This document shows, one piece after another, positions 20,657-31,403 of a stretch of DNA of 62,782 nucleotides. The notes under the pieces are model-generated. The model searched no databases. It was not told where the DNA came from and worked only from the letters and a program-made list of their open reading frames with translations. How positions within the stretch are numbered: position 1 is the stretch's first letter; every line of letters begins with the position of its first letter. The translations under genes were made by a program, and so were the position numbers. Location: the NCBI RefSeq assembly GCF_947253055.1, contig NZ_CAMXYE010000001.1, positions 1 to 62,782 of the forward strand, written 5' to 3'. The DNA comes from an uncultured Arcanobacterium sp. (GTDB taxonomy: Bacteria > Actinomycetota > Actinomycetes > Actinomycetales > Actinomycetaceae).

Positions 20657-22933
20657 TTAGATACTTTTCCGCGAATCTCGTAGTCTTTGTAGAGCTTCTC
20701 GCGCTATTTTTCCATCTTCAGTGCTCCACATAGTCGGCAGCGCAGAGAGTAAGTAATGCCGGTAGCGCGCCGTGGCCAATCTACTATCTAAAATCGCCAC
20801 CATTCCTTTATCGCTCCGCGAGCGCAATAACCGCCCTGCTCCTTGTGCAAGAAGCAAGGCAGCCTGGGTAGCAGAAACTTCCATAAACCCCGATTTACCT
20901 TGTTTTTGTGCGGCCTCACTGCGCGCCTGCACTAGTGGATCATCGGGGCAAGGAAAAGGAATCCGATCAATTATCACCAAGCGGCAAGTATGCCCGGGCA
21001 CGTCTACGCCTTGCCAAAGAGAAATCGTGCCAAAAAGTGAGGCGCTCTCATCGGCGGCGAATAGCTCTAGCAAAGTAGGTAGTTGATCGTCTCCTTGGCA
21101 AAAAATCGGCAAATCACATCTATCACGCACATAGGCTGCAGCTTTTTCTGCACCGGCTCGAGAAGTAAAAAGACAAAGTGCTCCTCCGCCCGCTGCGGTG
21201 ATTAAATCCAATATTTCTGCTAAGTGCTCACTCCCGTAGCCATCTCTCCCAGGGCGCGGCAAATCTTTAGCTATATAGAGAATGGCCTGTTTCTCTGGTT
21301 GAAAAGGAGAGCCCACATCTATGCCCTCCCATTCTCCCTGCGCTGGCAGAGTAAAGCCTGCCTGCCCGGCGAGCTGGTGAAAAGAATTATTTAGTTTCAA
21401 AGTGGCGGAGGTGAGTACTGCCGCCCGGTCGGTAAATAAAGAATCAGCAATTGCACTTGCCACTTGTAACGGAGCTAATTGCAGAGATTCACTGCCCGTA
21501 GGCGAGATCGACTTCCACGCCACTAAGCGGCCGGAGTTTATATCATTGCCTAATATCTTTTCCGTCGTTTTCAATAAATCCCCGGCGCGCGCCCGTAGTA
21601 CTATCTTTTTCGCAGCCTCTTCTTCGTTTCGCCCCGACATACCCGCAATATCAGCTGCCGCCTCCCCGACTCTGCCTTGAAGACGCAGCAAAACATCTTG
21701 CAAGGCTTGCGGAATTTCGCGGATACGCCCCTCTGAAATTTCCGCTAAAGTTTCACTAAAATCTTCCGCTGAATCATCTAAATTACTATCGCCTAAACCG
21801 TTTTGCCGCAGCGAGCGCGCGAGAGAAATAATTTCATATTTACTGAGTGCCCAAGAAAGCTGCGCCGTCACTCTATCTACTAGCTCATGAGCTTCGTCTA
21901 CAATAAATGCGGCTGCCGGCGGCAATATGGGGGTACCCGCCGCTTCTACTCCCAACATAGCGTGATTAGTCACCACTATATCGGCTGCTAAAGCGGCTTC
22001 TCGCGCCAAATAAGGAAAACAAGATATACGCACTGGGCATTTTTCACCTAAACACTCCTGTTTAGGTAGAGAAACTTGCTCCCAAACTCGCTCCTCTACT
22101 CCCGGCACTAAGTCATCGCGATCACCGCTACTGCTTTCCGCCGCCCAATTGCGCGCGCGCACTACTTCCGCTCCCCGCGCAGTAGCTCCGAATTCTCCCT
22201 CAGCTCGAGAAAGTAAAGTACCTTCTTCTGGATAACCTCCTGCTGATTTGCGCAGGCAGACATAGTTATTCCACCCTTTTAATACGGCCACTTGGAGATT
22301 TTTCCCGAGTTTTTCCTTTATTATCTGGGCTACTAAGGGGGCGTCTTGCCGAATAATTTGCCGCTGCAAAGCGAGAGTTGCCGTAGAGATAATTACTTTT
22401 TGCCCAGTTTCTAAACTCCAATAGGCAGCTGGTATCAGATATCCAAGCGATTTGCCGGTACCGGTGCCCGCCTGCACCAGCAGATGCCCGCTGCGAGTTA
22501 AAGCACTATAAACTTCTTCTACCATCTGCGATTGCCCGCTGCGCTCTTCACCGCCTAGTTCTGCCACCGCAGCTTTTAGTAGTTCTAGGATCTGTGCACT
22601 CTCGGTATCTGGCGCATTCGCACAACTCGCGGAACTCGCACTCTCCTCAGAACTCTCGGAGCTCTTAATATCTTCTACGCCGCTCTCCGCAGCCGCATCT
22701 ACCACATCCGAATCTAGTGAATTCCCATCTGGCGAAGCAGTAATATCTGCATTTAGCTCGGCAGATACTTCTACACTGGAATTTACATCCGGCGCAGGTT
22801 TCTTTTCCGGCGCAGGTTTCTTTTCCGGCGCAGGTTTCTTTTCCGGCGCAGGCATACTTTTCGGCGCGGCTTTACTTTTCACCACGGCTTTACTTTTCGG
22901 CGCAGTTTTCTTTTTCGGCGCAGATTTATTCAT
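20657..22933 (-). CDS. dinG: DinG/YoaA family ATP-dependent helicase
   Basis: QAGTGTGKSLGY, LKGWNNYVC, DEAH, LWQGVDVPG and QGAGRLLR motifs; ATGA overlap with the hflX stop. Confidence 0.9.
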   Translation of the reverse strand: MNKSAPKKKTAPKSKAVVKSKAAPKSMPAPEKKPAPEKKPAPEKKPAPDVNSSVEVSAELNADITASPDGNSLDSDVVDAAAESGVEDIKSSESSEESASSASCANAPDTESAQILELLKAAVAELGGEERSGQSQMVEEVYSALTRSGHLLVQAGTGTGKSLGYLIPAAYWSLETGQKVIISTATLALQRQIIRQDAPLVAQIIKEKLGKNLQVAVLKGWNNYVCLRKSAGGYPEEGTLLSRAEGEFGATARGAEVVRARNWAAESSSGDRDDLVPGVEERVWEQVSLPKQECLGEKCPVRISCFPYLAREAALAADIVVTNHAMLGVEAAGTPILPPAAAFIVDEAHELVDRVTAQLSWALSKYEIISLARSLRQNGLGDSNLDDSAEDFSETLAEISEGRIREIPQALQDVLLRLQGRVGEAAADIAGMSGRNEEEAAKKIVLRARAGDLLKTTEKILGNDINSGRLVAWKSISPTGSESLQLAPLQVASAIADSLFTDRAAVLTSATLKLNNSFHQLAGQAGFTLPAQGEWEGIDVGSPFQPEKQAILYIAKDLPRPGRDGYGSEHLAEILDLITAAGGGALCLFTSRAGAEKAAAYVRDRCDLPIFCQGDDQLPTLLELFAADESASLFGTISLWQGVDVPGHTCRLVIIDRIPFPCPDDPLVQARSEAAQKQGKSGFMEVSATQAALLLAQGAGRLLRSRSDKGMVAILDSRLATARYRHYLLSALPTMWSTEDGKIAREALQRLRDSRKSI
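22788..22931 (-). repeat. Eight 18-bp coding tandem repeats (APEKKP/APKSKA) at the DinG N-terminus
   Basis: tccggcgcaggtttcttt x3 perfect plus five degenerate copies. Confidence 0.9.
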
Positions 22934-24378
22934 CGCACATCCTCAAGAGCAGAAGTCCGCGAAAAAGAAATCTCTGCTTGTTCTAAAACTCCCACCATAT
23001 CTGCATGAATATAAGCCGAGATACGGGTGCCTGCCGCAGAAAATTCCTCCGCTATAACTTCCCCTTCCCGATGAATACGCGCGAGGATATCCCCCCGCTC
23101 ATAAGGTATTACGACCTCTATATGCAGCTCCGGGCGAGGAAGCATCTTTTCGATAGCGCTCTCCAACTCCGCAATACCTGCCCCGCTCACCGCACTCACA
23201 AAAACAGCTTCTGGATAAGCACTGCGCAAAGTGGTGAGAGTGAGCTTATCAGCTAAATCTATCTTCGAAAATACGATTAGTTGCGGTATTTCAGAAACTC
23301 CCGGCACTTCTGCGAGTACTTCTTTTACCGCTGCTATTTGCCCACCCGGATCGCGATGCGCTGCATCTACGACGTGGAGGAGCAAATCGCTTTCTGCCAC
23401 TTCCTCAAGAGTAGAACGGAATGCTTCTACCAATTGGGTAGGGAGAGAACGCACAAATCCCACCGTATCAGTGAGGGTATAAACTTGCCCCGCGGAAGTT
23501 TCACCGCGCCGCACCGTAGGATCGAGAGTAGCGAAAAGAGCATTATCTACTAAAACTTTTGCCGCCGTGAGCCTATTTAGGAGCGAGGATTTTCCGGCAT
23601 TGGTATAACCCACTAAAACGACTGCCGGCACCGCCCGCCGGCGGCGCGAAACTCGCCGCGTAATCCGCGCCGGCTGCATCGCTTTTATATCTCGGCGCAA
23701 CTTCGCCATGCGTTTGCGAATTCTCCGCCGATCTAGTTCAATCTTTGCTTCGCCCGGGCCACGCCCGCCAATTCCGGCTCCCCCAGCGACGCGCCCGCCA
23801 GCTTGCCGCGACATCGATTCACCCCAGCCTCGCAAACGCGGCAATAGGTACTCTAACTGCGCCAATTCTACCTGTGCTTTACCTTCTTTAGATTTGGCGT
23901 GTTGGGCAAAAATATCGAGAATTAAAGCCGTCCGGTCAATTACTTTTACTTTTATTACATCTTCTAGAGCCCGCCGTTGCGAAGGAGCTAATTCACAATC
24001 GACGATTACCGTATCCGCCGATTTTTCCGTCACGATTTCGGCCAATTCTTGGGCTTTTCCCGAACCGAAGAAAGTGGATTTATCTGGTATTTGCCGCCGT
24101 TGGATAATTCCTTCCACTACGAGTGCCCCTGCGGTTTCCGCCAAAGCAGCCAACTCCCGTAACGATTCTTCCGCCTGCGCAAAAGAGCCCGCTATCCACA
24201 GACCCGCCAGCACTACCCTTTCTAGACGCAGCTGCCGATACTCTACATCTACTTGTTCCTCGCGCGAAATATCACTTATCCGGTGCAGAGCTGCCCGGCG
24301 CTCTACTTCAAAATAATCTCCCCGCGCTTCGGCGGCTGCGGTGGCACTCTGCTGTAAAGATGCCGCCGGCAAAGTCAA
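22930..24378 (-). CDS. hflX: Ribosome-splitting GTPase HflX
   Basis: LILDIFAQHA, QVELAQLEYLLPRL, GYTNAGKSS, FATLD and DTVGF motifs; start may be upstream (ATA 24423 or ATT 24417). Confidence 0.96.
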   Translation of the reverse strand: MTLPAASLQQSATAAAEARGDYFEVERRAALHRISDISREEQVDVEYRQLRLERVVLAGLWIAGSFAQAEESLRELAALAETAGALVVEGIIQRRQIPDKSTFFGSGKAQELAEIVTEKSADTVIVDCELAPSQRRALEDVIKVKVIDRTALILDIFAQHAKSKEGKAQVELAQLEYLLPRLRGWGESMSRQAGGRVAGGAGIGGRGPGEAKIELDRRRIRKRMAKLRRDIKAMQPARITRRVSRRRRAVPAVVLVGYTNAGKSSLLNRLTAAKVLVDNALFATLDPTVRRGETSAGQVYTLTDTVGFVRSLPTQLVEAFRSTLEEVAESDLLLHVVDAAHRDPGGQIAAVKEVLAEVPGVSEIPQLIVFSKIDLADKLTLTTLRSAYPEAVFVSAVSGAGIAELESAIEKMLPRPELHIEVVIPYERGDILARIHREGEVIAEEFSAAGTRISAYIHADMVGVLEQAEISFSRTSALEDVR

Positions 24379-24495
24379 TTCGGCCCGATATTCTTCTGGT
24401 ATTTGCTTCTCGTTAATAGCTATTACTCCACTCCTCGATATAGAAAAATTATCTCACTTTCTCTTTATTTTCGCTGAACGGCTAAGCTATTGACT

Positions 24496-25119
24496 GTGGT
24501 ACAGCATTATTTTTCCAGTGACGCCCCCGATTTGCCGCGTACATGGCACGATATAGAAATCTGTGGGCGCAATTATCGGATCCTTAGCCAAGGTGGCGTA
24601 TTTTCGCCGACGCAGCTCGATAAGGGGACCGCCGTACTTTTACGAAAATTTCCTTTCCCCCTGCTCCCCGGGGCGGCTCGGATTGTCGATTTAGGATGCG
24701 GATGGGGGCCGATAAGTCTGGCTCTAGCTGCTCACTACCCAGAAAATAAAATAACGGCCATAGATGTAAATCCGGTGGCACGCGAACTGACGAAAATAAA
24801 TGCAGAAAATGCCGGATTCTCACTAGAAGTGCAGGAAGAAGAATCCGCCCGTCAACTTTTTCAAGAGCAAGAAGCAAACATCGATTTGCTGCTTTCTAAT
24901 CCCCCTATCAGGATTGGAAAAACTGCTTTACATAAGTTACTAAGTGACTGGTTAGCGCTACTCTCCCCGCAGGGGCAAGCCTTTTTAGTAGTGCAGAAAA
25001 ATCTCGGAGCAGATTCTTTAGCTGCTTGGTTACGGGGTAGCGGATATACGGTAGAAAAAATCGGTTCCGCAAAAGGCTACCGCGTTTTCCAAGTCGGGAA
25101 AGAATCTCTCCCTTTCTAA
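24496..25119 (+). CDS. Class I SAM-dependent methyltransferase (MTS/RsmC-like)
   Basis: GVFS..LDKGT, DLGCGWGPI and SNPPIRIGK motifs; probable leaderless GTG 7 nt after TAAGCT. Confidence 0.88.
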   Translation: MVQHYFSSDAPDLPRTWHDIEICGRNYRILSQGGVFSPTQLDKGTAVLLRKFPFPLLPGAARIVDLGCGWGPISLALAAHYPENKITAIDVNPVARELTKINAENAGFSLEVQEEESARQLFQEQEANIDLLLSNPPIRIGKTALHKLLSDWLALLSPQGQAFLVVQKNLGADSLAAWLRGSGYTVEKIGSAKGYRVFQVGKESLPF

Positions 25120-25171
25120 ATAGGTGGCAGGCAATAGAAATTTAAGAGATGAATTACGCAGGAGCTACCCT

Positions 25172-26104
25172 TTATAGATTCTGCAATTTTTGCGCAGTGT
25201 GATCGGCCGCTTCCCGCAATTTTTCATCCGTTATTTCTCCCGAAAAATTCAGCCACTCAATGCGCTGATCGGCATGAAACCAGGTATTCTGCTTTTTAGC
25301 GAGCCGCCGGGTAGCTTGCTCCGTATTGGCGACCGCCTCCGCAAGCGGAATTTTCCCTTGCAACACCGCAATAGCCTGCATATAACCAGTAGCTTTTTGC
25401 GCGGTACTTCCGCGTAAAATTCCCGCTTCTAGCACCTGCGCAGCCTCCACCAATAGACCCTTGCTAAACATATCGGCAGTGCGCTCGGCAATACGCGCTT
25501 CTAAGACTGCTTTCTCCACGCCAATTCCCAGCAAAGAAATATCTGCATAATGGCTAGTATGCCGCGGAAACACTGGCGTATAGGATTCTCCGGTAAGCCG
25601 CACTACCTCCAAAGCCCGGATGACCCGCCGCGGATTTTGCATATCGATAGTGGCCGCCGAAACCGGATCTTTCTGCGCTAATTCCTTTGTAAGCGGAGCC
25701 AGCCCCTCCGTTTCGTATATAGATTCTAATTCAGCCCGGATTTCCACATCCGTACCAGGAAAACGCAGCTCATCAAGCAGAGCTGCCACATATAGACCTG
25801 ATCCACCCACAATAAGCGGAATTTTCCCGCGCGCTTCGATAGCGGCGAGATCTGCGCGAGCATATTTTTGGTAGGCAGCTGCCGAGGCCGCTTCCGTCAC
25901 TTCTAATACATCTAGCTGGTGATGTACTATATCTCCCGCTTCTTCCGGGGTAACTTTTGCCGTTCCAATATCCATGCCCTTATAAAGTTGCATAGAATCA
26001 GCCGAAATTATTTCGACTTCCGCGCTGCCCCCTAAATAGCGAGCCAGATGCAGAGAAAAATTAGTCTTGCCGCTGGCGGTGGGGCCCACTACCGCAATAA
26101 TCAT
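25172..26104 (-). CDS. miaA: tRNA dimethylallyltransferase
   Basis: [23 protein letters not shown] and GGSGLY motifs. Confidence 0.97.
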   Translation of the reverse strand: MIIAVVGPTASGKTNFSLHLARYLGGSAEVEIISADSMQLYKGMDIGTAKVTPEEAGDIVHHQLDVLEVTEAASAAAYQKYARADLAAIEARGKIPLIVGGSGLYVAALLDELRFPGTDVEIRAELESIYETEGLAPLTKELAQKDPVSAATIDMQNPRRVIRALEVVRLTGESYTPVFPRHTSHYADISLLGIGVEKAVLEARIAERTADMFSKGLLVEAAQVLEAGILRGSTAQKATGYMQAIAVLQGKIPLAEAVANTEQATRRLAKKQNTWFHADQRIEWLNFSGEITDEKLREAADHTAQKLQNL

Positions 26105-27633
26105 AAAGACCTTCTGATTTGCGGAATACCTAGGCTCACTACCTGCGGGTTATTTATTTCAGCTATCAGTTGGGCTTTTCTCCGCTCATTTTCTTCCCAA
26201 ATATCTCCAGCATGGGTGCGCCGCAAACGGAACAATCCTCCCGTCAACGCCGAATCGGCCACGAGATGCGAGGGAGCCCCGTGCGTGACCTCTACTTCCA
26301 CTATATCTCCTGGCCGCGGGCGCTCCGGCAGATCTGCCGGCAGTGCCACGTGCACTAACCGATTATCGCGCGCCCGCCCCGTCACTCGATTAGTTTCGGC
26401 GTCTTTCTTTCCTTCACCAGCTGCTACCAGCACTTCCACCTGCGAACCGCACAGTTTCTGATTTTCTTCGGTACTTATCCGATGCTGCAGATTAAGTAGA
26501 CGCTGAAAACGCTCTTGCGCCACTTCCGGCGGAATTTGCTTTTCCATAGTCGCCGCGGGAGTACCGGGGCGCGGAGAGTAAATAAAAGTAAAAGCAGAAG
26601 AAAAACGCGCCTGCTCTACCACGTCGAGCGTAGCTTGAAAATCGGCTTCAGTTTCCCCGGGGAATCCCACAATAATATCGGTAGTGATGGCGGCCTGCGG
26701 TATATATTCCCGCACATTATCGAGAATGCGCAAGAATTTTCCGCAGCGATAAGAACGCCGCATCGCGCGCAGTACCGAATCCGATCCAGATTGCAGCGGC
26801 ATATGGAGTGAAGGCATCACATTGGGAGTTTCCGCCATAGCGTGGATGACGTCATCTGAAAAAGCAGCTGGATGGGGTGAAGTAAAACGAATCCGCTCGA
26901 GGTTGTCTATATTTCCGCCCGCACGCAGCAGTTTTGCGAAAGCTCCCCGATCTCCAAAGCTCTGCCCATAAGAATTGACGTTCTGCCCGAGTAGCGTCAC
27001 TTCAATGGCTCCCTGCGCTACCACCGCTTCCATTTCCTGTAAAATTTCGCCCGGCCGGCGATCTTTTTCTTTTCCGCGCAGATGCGGCACGATACAGAAA
27101 GTACAAGTGTTATTACAACCTACTGAAATAGATACCCACGCTGAATAGCTAGCTTCCCGCCGGCTGGGAAGCGTCGAAGGAAATACCTGCAAAGATTCCG
27201 CAATTTCCACTGCCGCTTCTTTATTATGGGCAGCTCTTTTCAGCAATGCCGGGAGCACATTCATATTATGGGTACCGAATACCACATCTACCCACGGAGC
27301 TTTTTCGACGATTTTTTCCCCCAGCTGCTGCGCTAAACAACCGCTGACGGCAATCTGCATATCAGGGCGCTCTCGCTTCACCTGCGCCAGCTGCCCTAGA
27401 TTTCCAAAAAGCTTATTTGCCGCATTTTCCCGCACCGAACAGGTATTTATGACGACGATATCGGCTCCACCATCTCCGGCGAGACTAGCGCGTGCCGCTT
27501 TTTGCGGCACTAACTCTACCGGCACATAGCCGGCTGCATCGAGCATCCCGGCAAGACGCTCTGAATCATGTACATTCATTTGGCAGCCGAGAGTGCGAAT
27601 ACTATAAGTGCGAGGCAAATTTTCTTTATTCAT
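26101..27633 (-). CDS. miaB: tRNA i6A37 methylthiotransferase
   Basis: [21 protein letters not shown] and CNNTCTFC radical SAM motif; TRAM-like C-terminus. Confidence 0.97.
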   Translation of the reverse strand: MNKENLPRTYSIRTLGCQMNVHDSERLAGMLDAAGYVPVELVPQKAARASLAGDGGADIVVINTCSVRENAANKLFGNLGQLAQVKRERPDMQIAVSGCLAQQLGEKIVEKAPWVDVVFGTHNMNVLPALLKRAAHNKEAAVEIAESLQVFPSTLPSRREASYSAWVSISVGCNNTCTFCIVPHLRGKEKDRRPGEILQEMEAVVAQGAIEVTLLGQNVNSYGQSFGDRGAFAKLLRAGGNIDNLERIRFTSPHPAAFSDDVIHAMAETPNVMPSLHMPLQSGSDSVLRAMRRSYRCGKFLRILDNVREYIPQAAITTDIIVGFPGETEADFQATLDVVEQARFSSAFTFIYSPRPGTPAATMEKQIPPEVAQERFQRLLNLQHRISTEENQKLCGSQVEVLVAAGEGKKDAETNRVTGRARDNRLVHVALPADLPERPRPGDIVEVEVTHGAPSHLVADSALTGGLFRLRRTHAGDIWEENERRKAQLIAEINNPQVVSLGIPQIRRSL

Positions 27634-28238
27634 CCCCGCCAGTTTAGTGCAGAATCCGCCTCATCTTCATGTTGAGAATATGCGATTTCTACCGCAGCAT
27701 AGATGATGCTGGCCGGAAAACCTCGCCGCGCTAAAGCTCCAGAAATCCGCCGATACACAACTTCGCGCGGCAAATCTTGCATAGTAGCCATTTTGCGCTG
27801 CGCAAATTCTTGCGCAGCTGCTGCTTCATCTTCTGCGCTTATCTGCTCTAAAGCCAGCTCGGCTAGCTCGGAGCTGATCCCCTTTTTTTGCAATTCATTG
27901 CGCAGAGCCCGCCGTGAAATAGCGCGCGCCGCAAAACGCATCTGTACATATTGGCACGCAAATTTTTCATCATTCACGAGCCCCGATTCTTGGAATTTTT
28001 CTAGAGTCGATTCCTGAATATCACTAGGCACATTTCGTTTCGCCAAGGCTGCGCGTAACTGCTGCACAGAACGATCCGCCATTCCCAATTGCCGATAGAC
28101 GATATTGCTGGCGTGCTTCTCCCAATCGGCGCGGCTGCGCTGCGCATCGCGCGCCGCCTGTCGCGCTTTTATTTCGGCGGGCGAAAGCCGCGGACGGCGC
28201 TTTTTTCGCACATCCGCATCTGCCGCATAATTAACCAT
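27630..28238 (-). CDS. recX: Regulatory protein RecX
   Basis: Directly downstream of rec[16 protein letters not shown] and LARRGF motifs. Confidence 0.92.
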   Translation of the reverse strand: MVNYAADADVRKKRRPRLSPAEIKARQAARDAQRSRADWEKHASNIVYRQLGMADRSVQQLRAALAKRNVPSDIQESTLEKFQESGLVNDEKFACQYVQMRFAARAISRRALRNELQKKGISSELAELALEQISAEDEAAAAQEFAQRKMATMQDLPREVVYRRISGALARRGFPASIIYAAVEIAYSQHEDEADSALNWRG

Positions 28239-29281
28239 TAGGCAAGCCCATCACCATCTACTGCTACCTCAGTACCCGGCACGCCGATTCCCATTGCCTC
28301 TTTTACTTTGGCTTCAATCTCATCAGCTATTTCCGGATTATCTACTAAAAATTGCCGCGATTTTTCTCTACCTTGCCCCAGTTGATCCCCATTGTAGGTA
28401 TACCAAGATCCAGATTTAGTAACTATTTTAATTTCCGCAGCTGCATCGAGAATACCACTTTCGCGCGATATCCCCTGCCCGTAGATAATATCGAATTCTG
28501 CCTGCTTAAACGGCGGAGCCATCTTGTTTTTCACCACTTTAACTTTGGTGCGGTTTCCAATTGGCTGCGCTCCAGATTTCACGGCTTCTCCGCGGCGCAC
28601 ATCTAAACGTACCGATGAATAGAACTTTAAGGCTCGCCCACCGGTAGTAGTCTCCGGATTTCCGTAGAATACGCCGATTTTCTCTCGTAACTGGTTAATA
28701 AAGATAGCGGTGGTACCGGAAGCAGAAAGTGCACCCGTCAATTTACGCAAAGCCTGCGACATAAGCCGCGCCTGTAAACCAACATGCGAATCACCCATAT
28801 CGCCTTCAATTTCCGCTTTCGGCACTAATGCGGCTACCGAATCGATTACTAAAATATCGAGTGCCCCGGAGCGTATGAGCATATCGGCAATTTCCAGTGC
28901 CTGCTCGCCTGTATCCGGCTGGGAAACTATCAAAGAATCAGTATCTACCCCTAAATTTCGCGCATACTCTGGATCTAAAGCATGCTCAGCATCGATAAAA
29001 GCCGCAATTCCCCCTAATTTTTGCGCACTGGCGATAGCGTGCAAGGCGACGGTAGTCTTACCCGAAGATTCTGGACCATATATCTCTACCACGCGCCCCC
29101 GCGGCAAACCGCCAATTCCTAAGGCTAAATCTAAAGCGAGTGAACCCGTGGGAATTACTGCCACGGAACGCACCGGGTGATCTCCCAGGCGCATTGCCGA
29201 ACCTTTACCGAACTGCTCATCAATCCGCCCCAAAGCATAATTGAGCGCTTTTTCTTTATCCTGCATATTTTTCTCGGCCAT
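28238..29281 (-). CDS. recA: Recombinase RecA
   Basis: [29 protein letters not shown] and GGRALKFY motifs; no intein. Confidence 0.99.
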   Translation of the reverse strand: MAEKNMQDKEKALNYALGRIDEQFGKGSAMRLGDHPVRSVAVIPTGSLALDLALGIGGLPRGRVVEIYGPESSGKTTVALHAIASAQKLGGIAAFIDAEHALDPEYARNLGVDTDSLIVSQPDTGEQALEIADMLIRSGALDILVIDSVAALVPKAEIEGDMGDSHVGLQARLMSQALRKLTGALSASGTTAIFINQLREKIGVFYGNPETTTGGRALKFYSSVRLDVRRGEAVKSGAQPIGNRTKVKVVKNKMAPPFKQAEFDIIYGQGISRESGILDAAAEIKIVTKSGSWYTYNGDQLGQGREKSRQFLVDNPEIADEIEAKVKEAMGIGVPGTEVAVDGDGLA

Positions 29282-29458
29282 AATGCGCCTTTCTTTTTAA
29301 CCGGCTTCCGCCTCACCAATAGAACAAGTCTTATCGGAGCTCACCCTCACCGAATGACTATCCGAGTATTACGCTAGGCCCGACTTAAAGCCGAAAGATT
29401 ACCCATATTTTTTCTGTGGAAAATACCGGCACTTCCGCAATACATAGCCAATCTTATA

Positions 29459-29474
29459 CCGAACAACCGTTCGA
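29459..29474. promoter_or_regulatory. SOS box upstream of recA
   Basis: cGAACaaccGTTCga, adjacent to a minus-strand TAAGAT -10-like hexamer. Confidence 0.88.
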
Positions 29475-29478
29475 AGGC

Positions 29479-29511
29479 AAAAGAAAACGCGCGGCGATTT
29501 CCCGCCGCGCG
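29479..29511 (-). terminator. Intrinsic terminator after the DUF3046 gene
   Basis: 9-bp GC stem cgcgcggcg/cgccgcgcg followed by TTTTCTTTT on the minus strand. Confidence 0.8.
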
Positions 29512-29516
29512 AATTC

Positions 29517-29747
29517 TTAACCTTGTTTTTTATGAGCATTAATTCGGTGTAAATAGAGGTATTTTTCCGGCAAATCCATCTCTTCCACTATCGCCCGCCA
29601 AACTTCCTCGGGCCGATAACCATTTTCCAATGCAGTCTGAGCTGAAGAATTACCTAACTGCGGCAGAATTAAATCACTCGCTAGAGAATCGGCACGCACT
29701 TTCGTAAAGACGCGCGCCATAACCTCCCAGAATTCACTGTAGGTCAT
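29517..29747 (-). CDS. DUF3046 family protein
   Basis: MTYSEFWEVM..ALENG..EEVWRAI pattern; conserved position upstream of recA (alternative start 29753). Confidence 0.8.
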   Translation of the reverse strand: MTYSEFWEVMARVFTKVRADSLASDLILPQLGNSSAQTALENGYRPEEVWRAIVEEMDLPEKYLYLHRINAHKKQG

Positions 29748-29756
29748 CCCCAAGTG

Positions 29757-30164
29757 TTACCTCATTGCCGCCAATTCGCTCGCCACTAAAGATTCCGGCA
29801 CCGAATCTGGAATCTCTACCCGAATTTGTTGAGCTCGGCGCATAGCTGGAGTGATGCGACCAGCCGCCCGATCTATCCGGTCCGCCACTACCCGCAATAT
29901 TTGACTGAGTGGCACATTCAGAGCAGTGCAGATAGCGTCTAACAACTCGGAAGAAGCTTCTTTTTGCCCGCGCTCCACCTCAGAAAGATACCCTAAGGAG
30001 ACCCGCGCCTGAGAAGAAACTTCCCGCAGTGTGCGCCCTTGCCGCTGCCGGTACTCACGTAGCACGTCGCCCAGTTCTTGGCGTAGCAGTACCGTTTCGC
30101 TCTTAACTTCCACCGACACTTCCGGATTTAAATGCATTTTCTTCTTCTCGCTTGTCAGTTTCAT
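29757..30164 (-). CDS. clgR: XRE-family HTH regulator, ClgR-like
   Basis: [38 protein letters not shown]; pgsA-cinA-clgR synteny; start uncertain. Confidence 0.85.
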   Translation of the reverse strand: MKLTSEKKKMHLNPEVSVEVKSETVLLRQELGDVLREYRQRQGRTLREVSSQARVSLGYLSEVERGQKEASSELLDAICTALNVPLSQILRVVADRIDRAAGRITPAMRRAQQIRVEIPDSVPESLVASELAAMR

Positions 30165-30250
30165 CTTCTCATCTTCTCCCTTACACTTCTTATAACGCCC
30201 ACCGCAGCAAAAAACTTCCCAGCTTTTCAATTACTGCGCACCCTAAATAT

Positions 30251-30796
30251 CTAACGCTCCCCTATTTCACCTGAAAATTCAACCAAAAAGGCCTCTAAAG
30301 CCGCCGCTACTGTTAGCTTTCTCACGGTAAGCCGGTCACCGGAAAAATTCTTTTGGAGCGCTTTTAGGCTCCACGAATCAGCGGATTCTCTACCGAGAAC
30401 TTCGCGCTGCCCACTTCTCCGCGGCGCACTAGCAAAACCCAAATAAACTAAACCTACTGGTTTACCCTCTACCGGATCAGGCCCTGCTATTCCGGTGGTG
30501 GAAATAGCGAAATCTGCCTGCAGCTGCCTAGCCGCTCCGATAGCCATTTCTTTAGCTACTTGGGCATCTACTGCCCCGCGCGCGGCCAATAAATTTTTAT
30601 CTACACCCAGCAAATCCGATTTCACATCCGTAGCATAGCTAACTATGCCCCCGCGAAATACTTCCGAAGCTCCCGGCACATTCACCAAGGTAGCTGCTAA
30701 TAAGCCGCCGGTTAGAGATTCTGCCACCCCGAGGGTAGCCTGTTCAGCGCGGAGACGGGCTATAAGAGCGGCTGCTAATTCATCTAAGCTCTGCAT
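30251..30796 (-). CDS. cinA: CinA C-terminal domain / NMN deamidase (PncC-like)
   Basis: AESLTGGL, GASEVFRGG..Y and STTGIAGP motifs. Confidence 0.9.
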   Translation of the reverse strand: MQSLDELAAALIARLRAEQATLGVAESLTGGLLAATLVNVPGASEVFRGGIVSYATDVKSDLLGVDKNLLAARGAVDAQVAKEMAIGAARQLQADFAISTTGIAGPDPVEGKPVGLVYLGFASAPRRSGQREVLGRESADSWSLKALQKNFSGDRLTVRKLTVAAALEAFLVEFSGEIGER

Positions 30797-30815
30797 TTCG
30801 CATCATTTCCCGCTC

Positions 30816-31403
30816 TCACTCTGCTTCATTGTGCAACCGTATTGCTTCCCGCACGTACTCATAGGCAGAAGTTAAAGCAAAGAAAAGTGCCACCCCCATT
30901 AACGCGTAGCTAATGTAGAGCATTCCATTCGCCAATGACTGCGGTAAAAACTCCGACCAAGGCAAAATTATTCCTCCTATGGCTAAGGATTGGGCGAACA
31001 TCTTTATCTTTCCACCAGCTCCGGCGGCCATCACTTTAATTTTACGCATTCCCATGCGCATAGCAGTGATTCCCAATTCGCGCACGATAAATAATATCGT
31101 CACCCACCACCAGAGCATTCCATGGAAAGAGAGCAATAATAAAGCGGAAATAATCAGTACTTTATCGGCAATGGCATCGGTGAGTTTTCCGAAATTAGTA
31201 ATTAGGTTATAACGCCGCGCCAAATATCCATCGAATTTATCGGTCAAAGCAGCTACGAAAAATATTGCCACTGCTATCCAACGCCGCGATACAGCGGTAT
31301 CTAAAAAGGCAAAAATGAATATAGGCGCCAACACCAGGCGCAATACCGTCAACGCATTAGCGATATTGAAAAGCGGTACTTCTTTATGCGACTTTTCCAC
31401 CAT
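30816..31403 (-). CDS. pgsA: CDP-DAG--glycerol-3-phosphate phosphatidyltransferase
   Basis: NIANALTVLRL and DKFDGYLARR..TNFGKLTDAIADK CDP-alcohol motif. Confidence 0.93.
   Translation of the reverse strand: MVEKSHKEVPLFNIANALTVLRLVLAPIFIFAFLDTAVSRRWIAVAIFFVAALTDKFDGYLARRYNLITNFGKLTDAIADKVLIISALLLLSFHGMLWWWVTILFIVRELGITAMRMGMRKIKVMAAGAGGKIKMFAQSLAIGGIILPWSEFLPQSLANGMLYISYALMGVALFFALTSAYEYVREAIRLHNEAE

Noticed and set aside
23708..24316. 202-aa plus-strand ORF
   Set aside because: Antisense shadow of hflX with no recognisable motifs
29415..29423. DnaA-box-like TTTTCCACA in the recA leader
   Set aside because: A single one-mismatch copy is expected by chance
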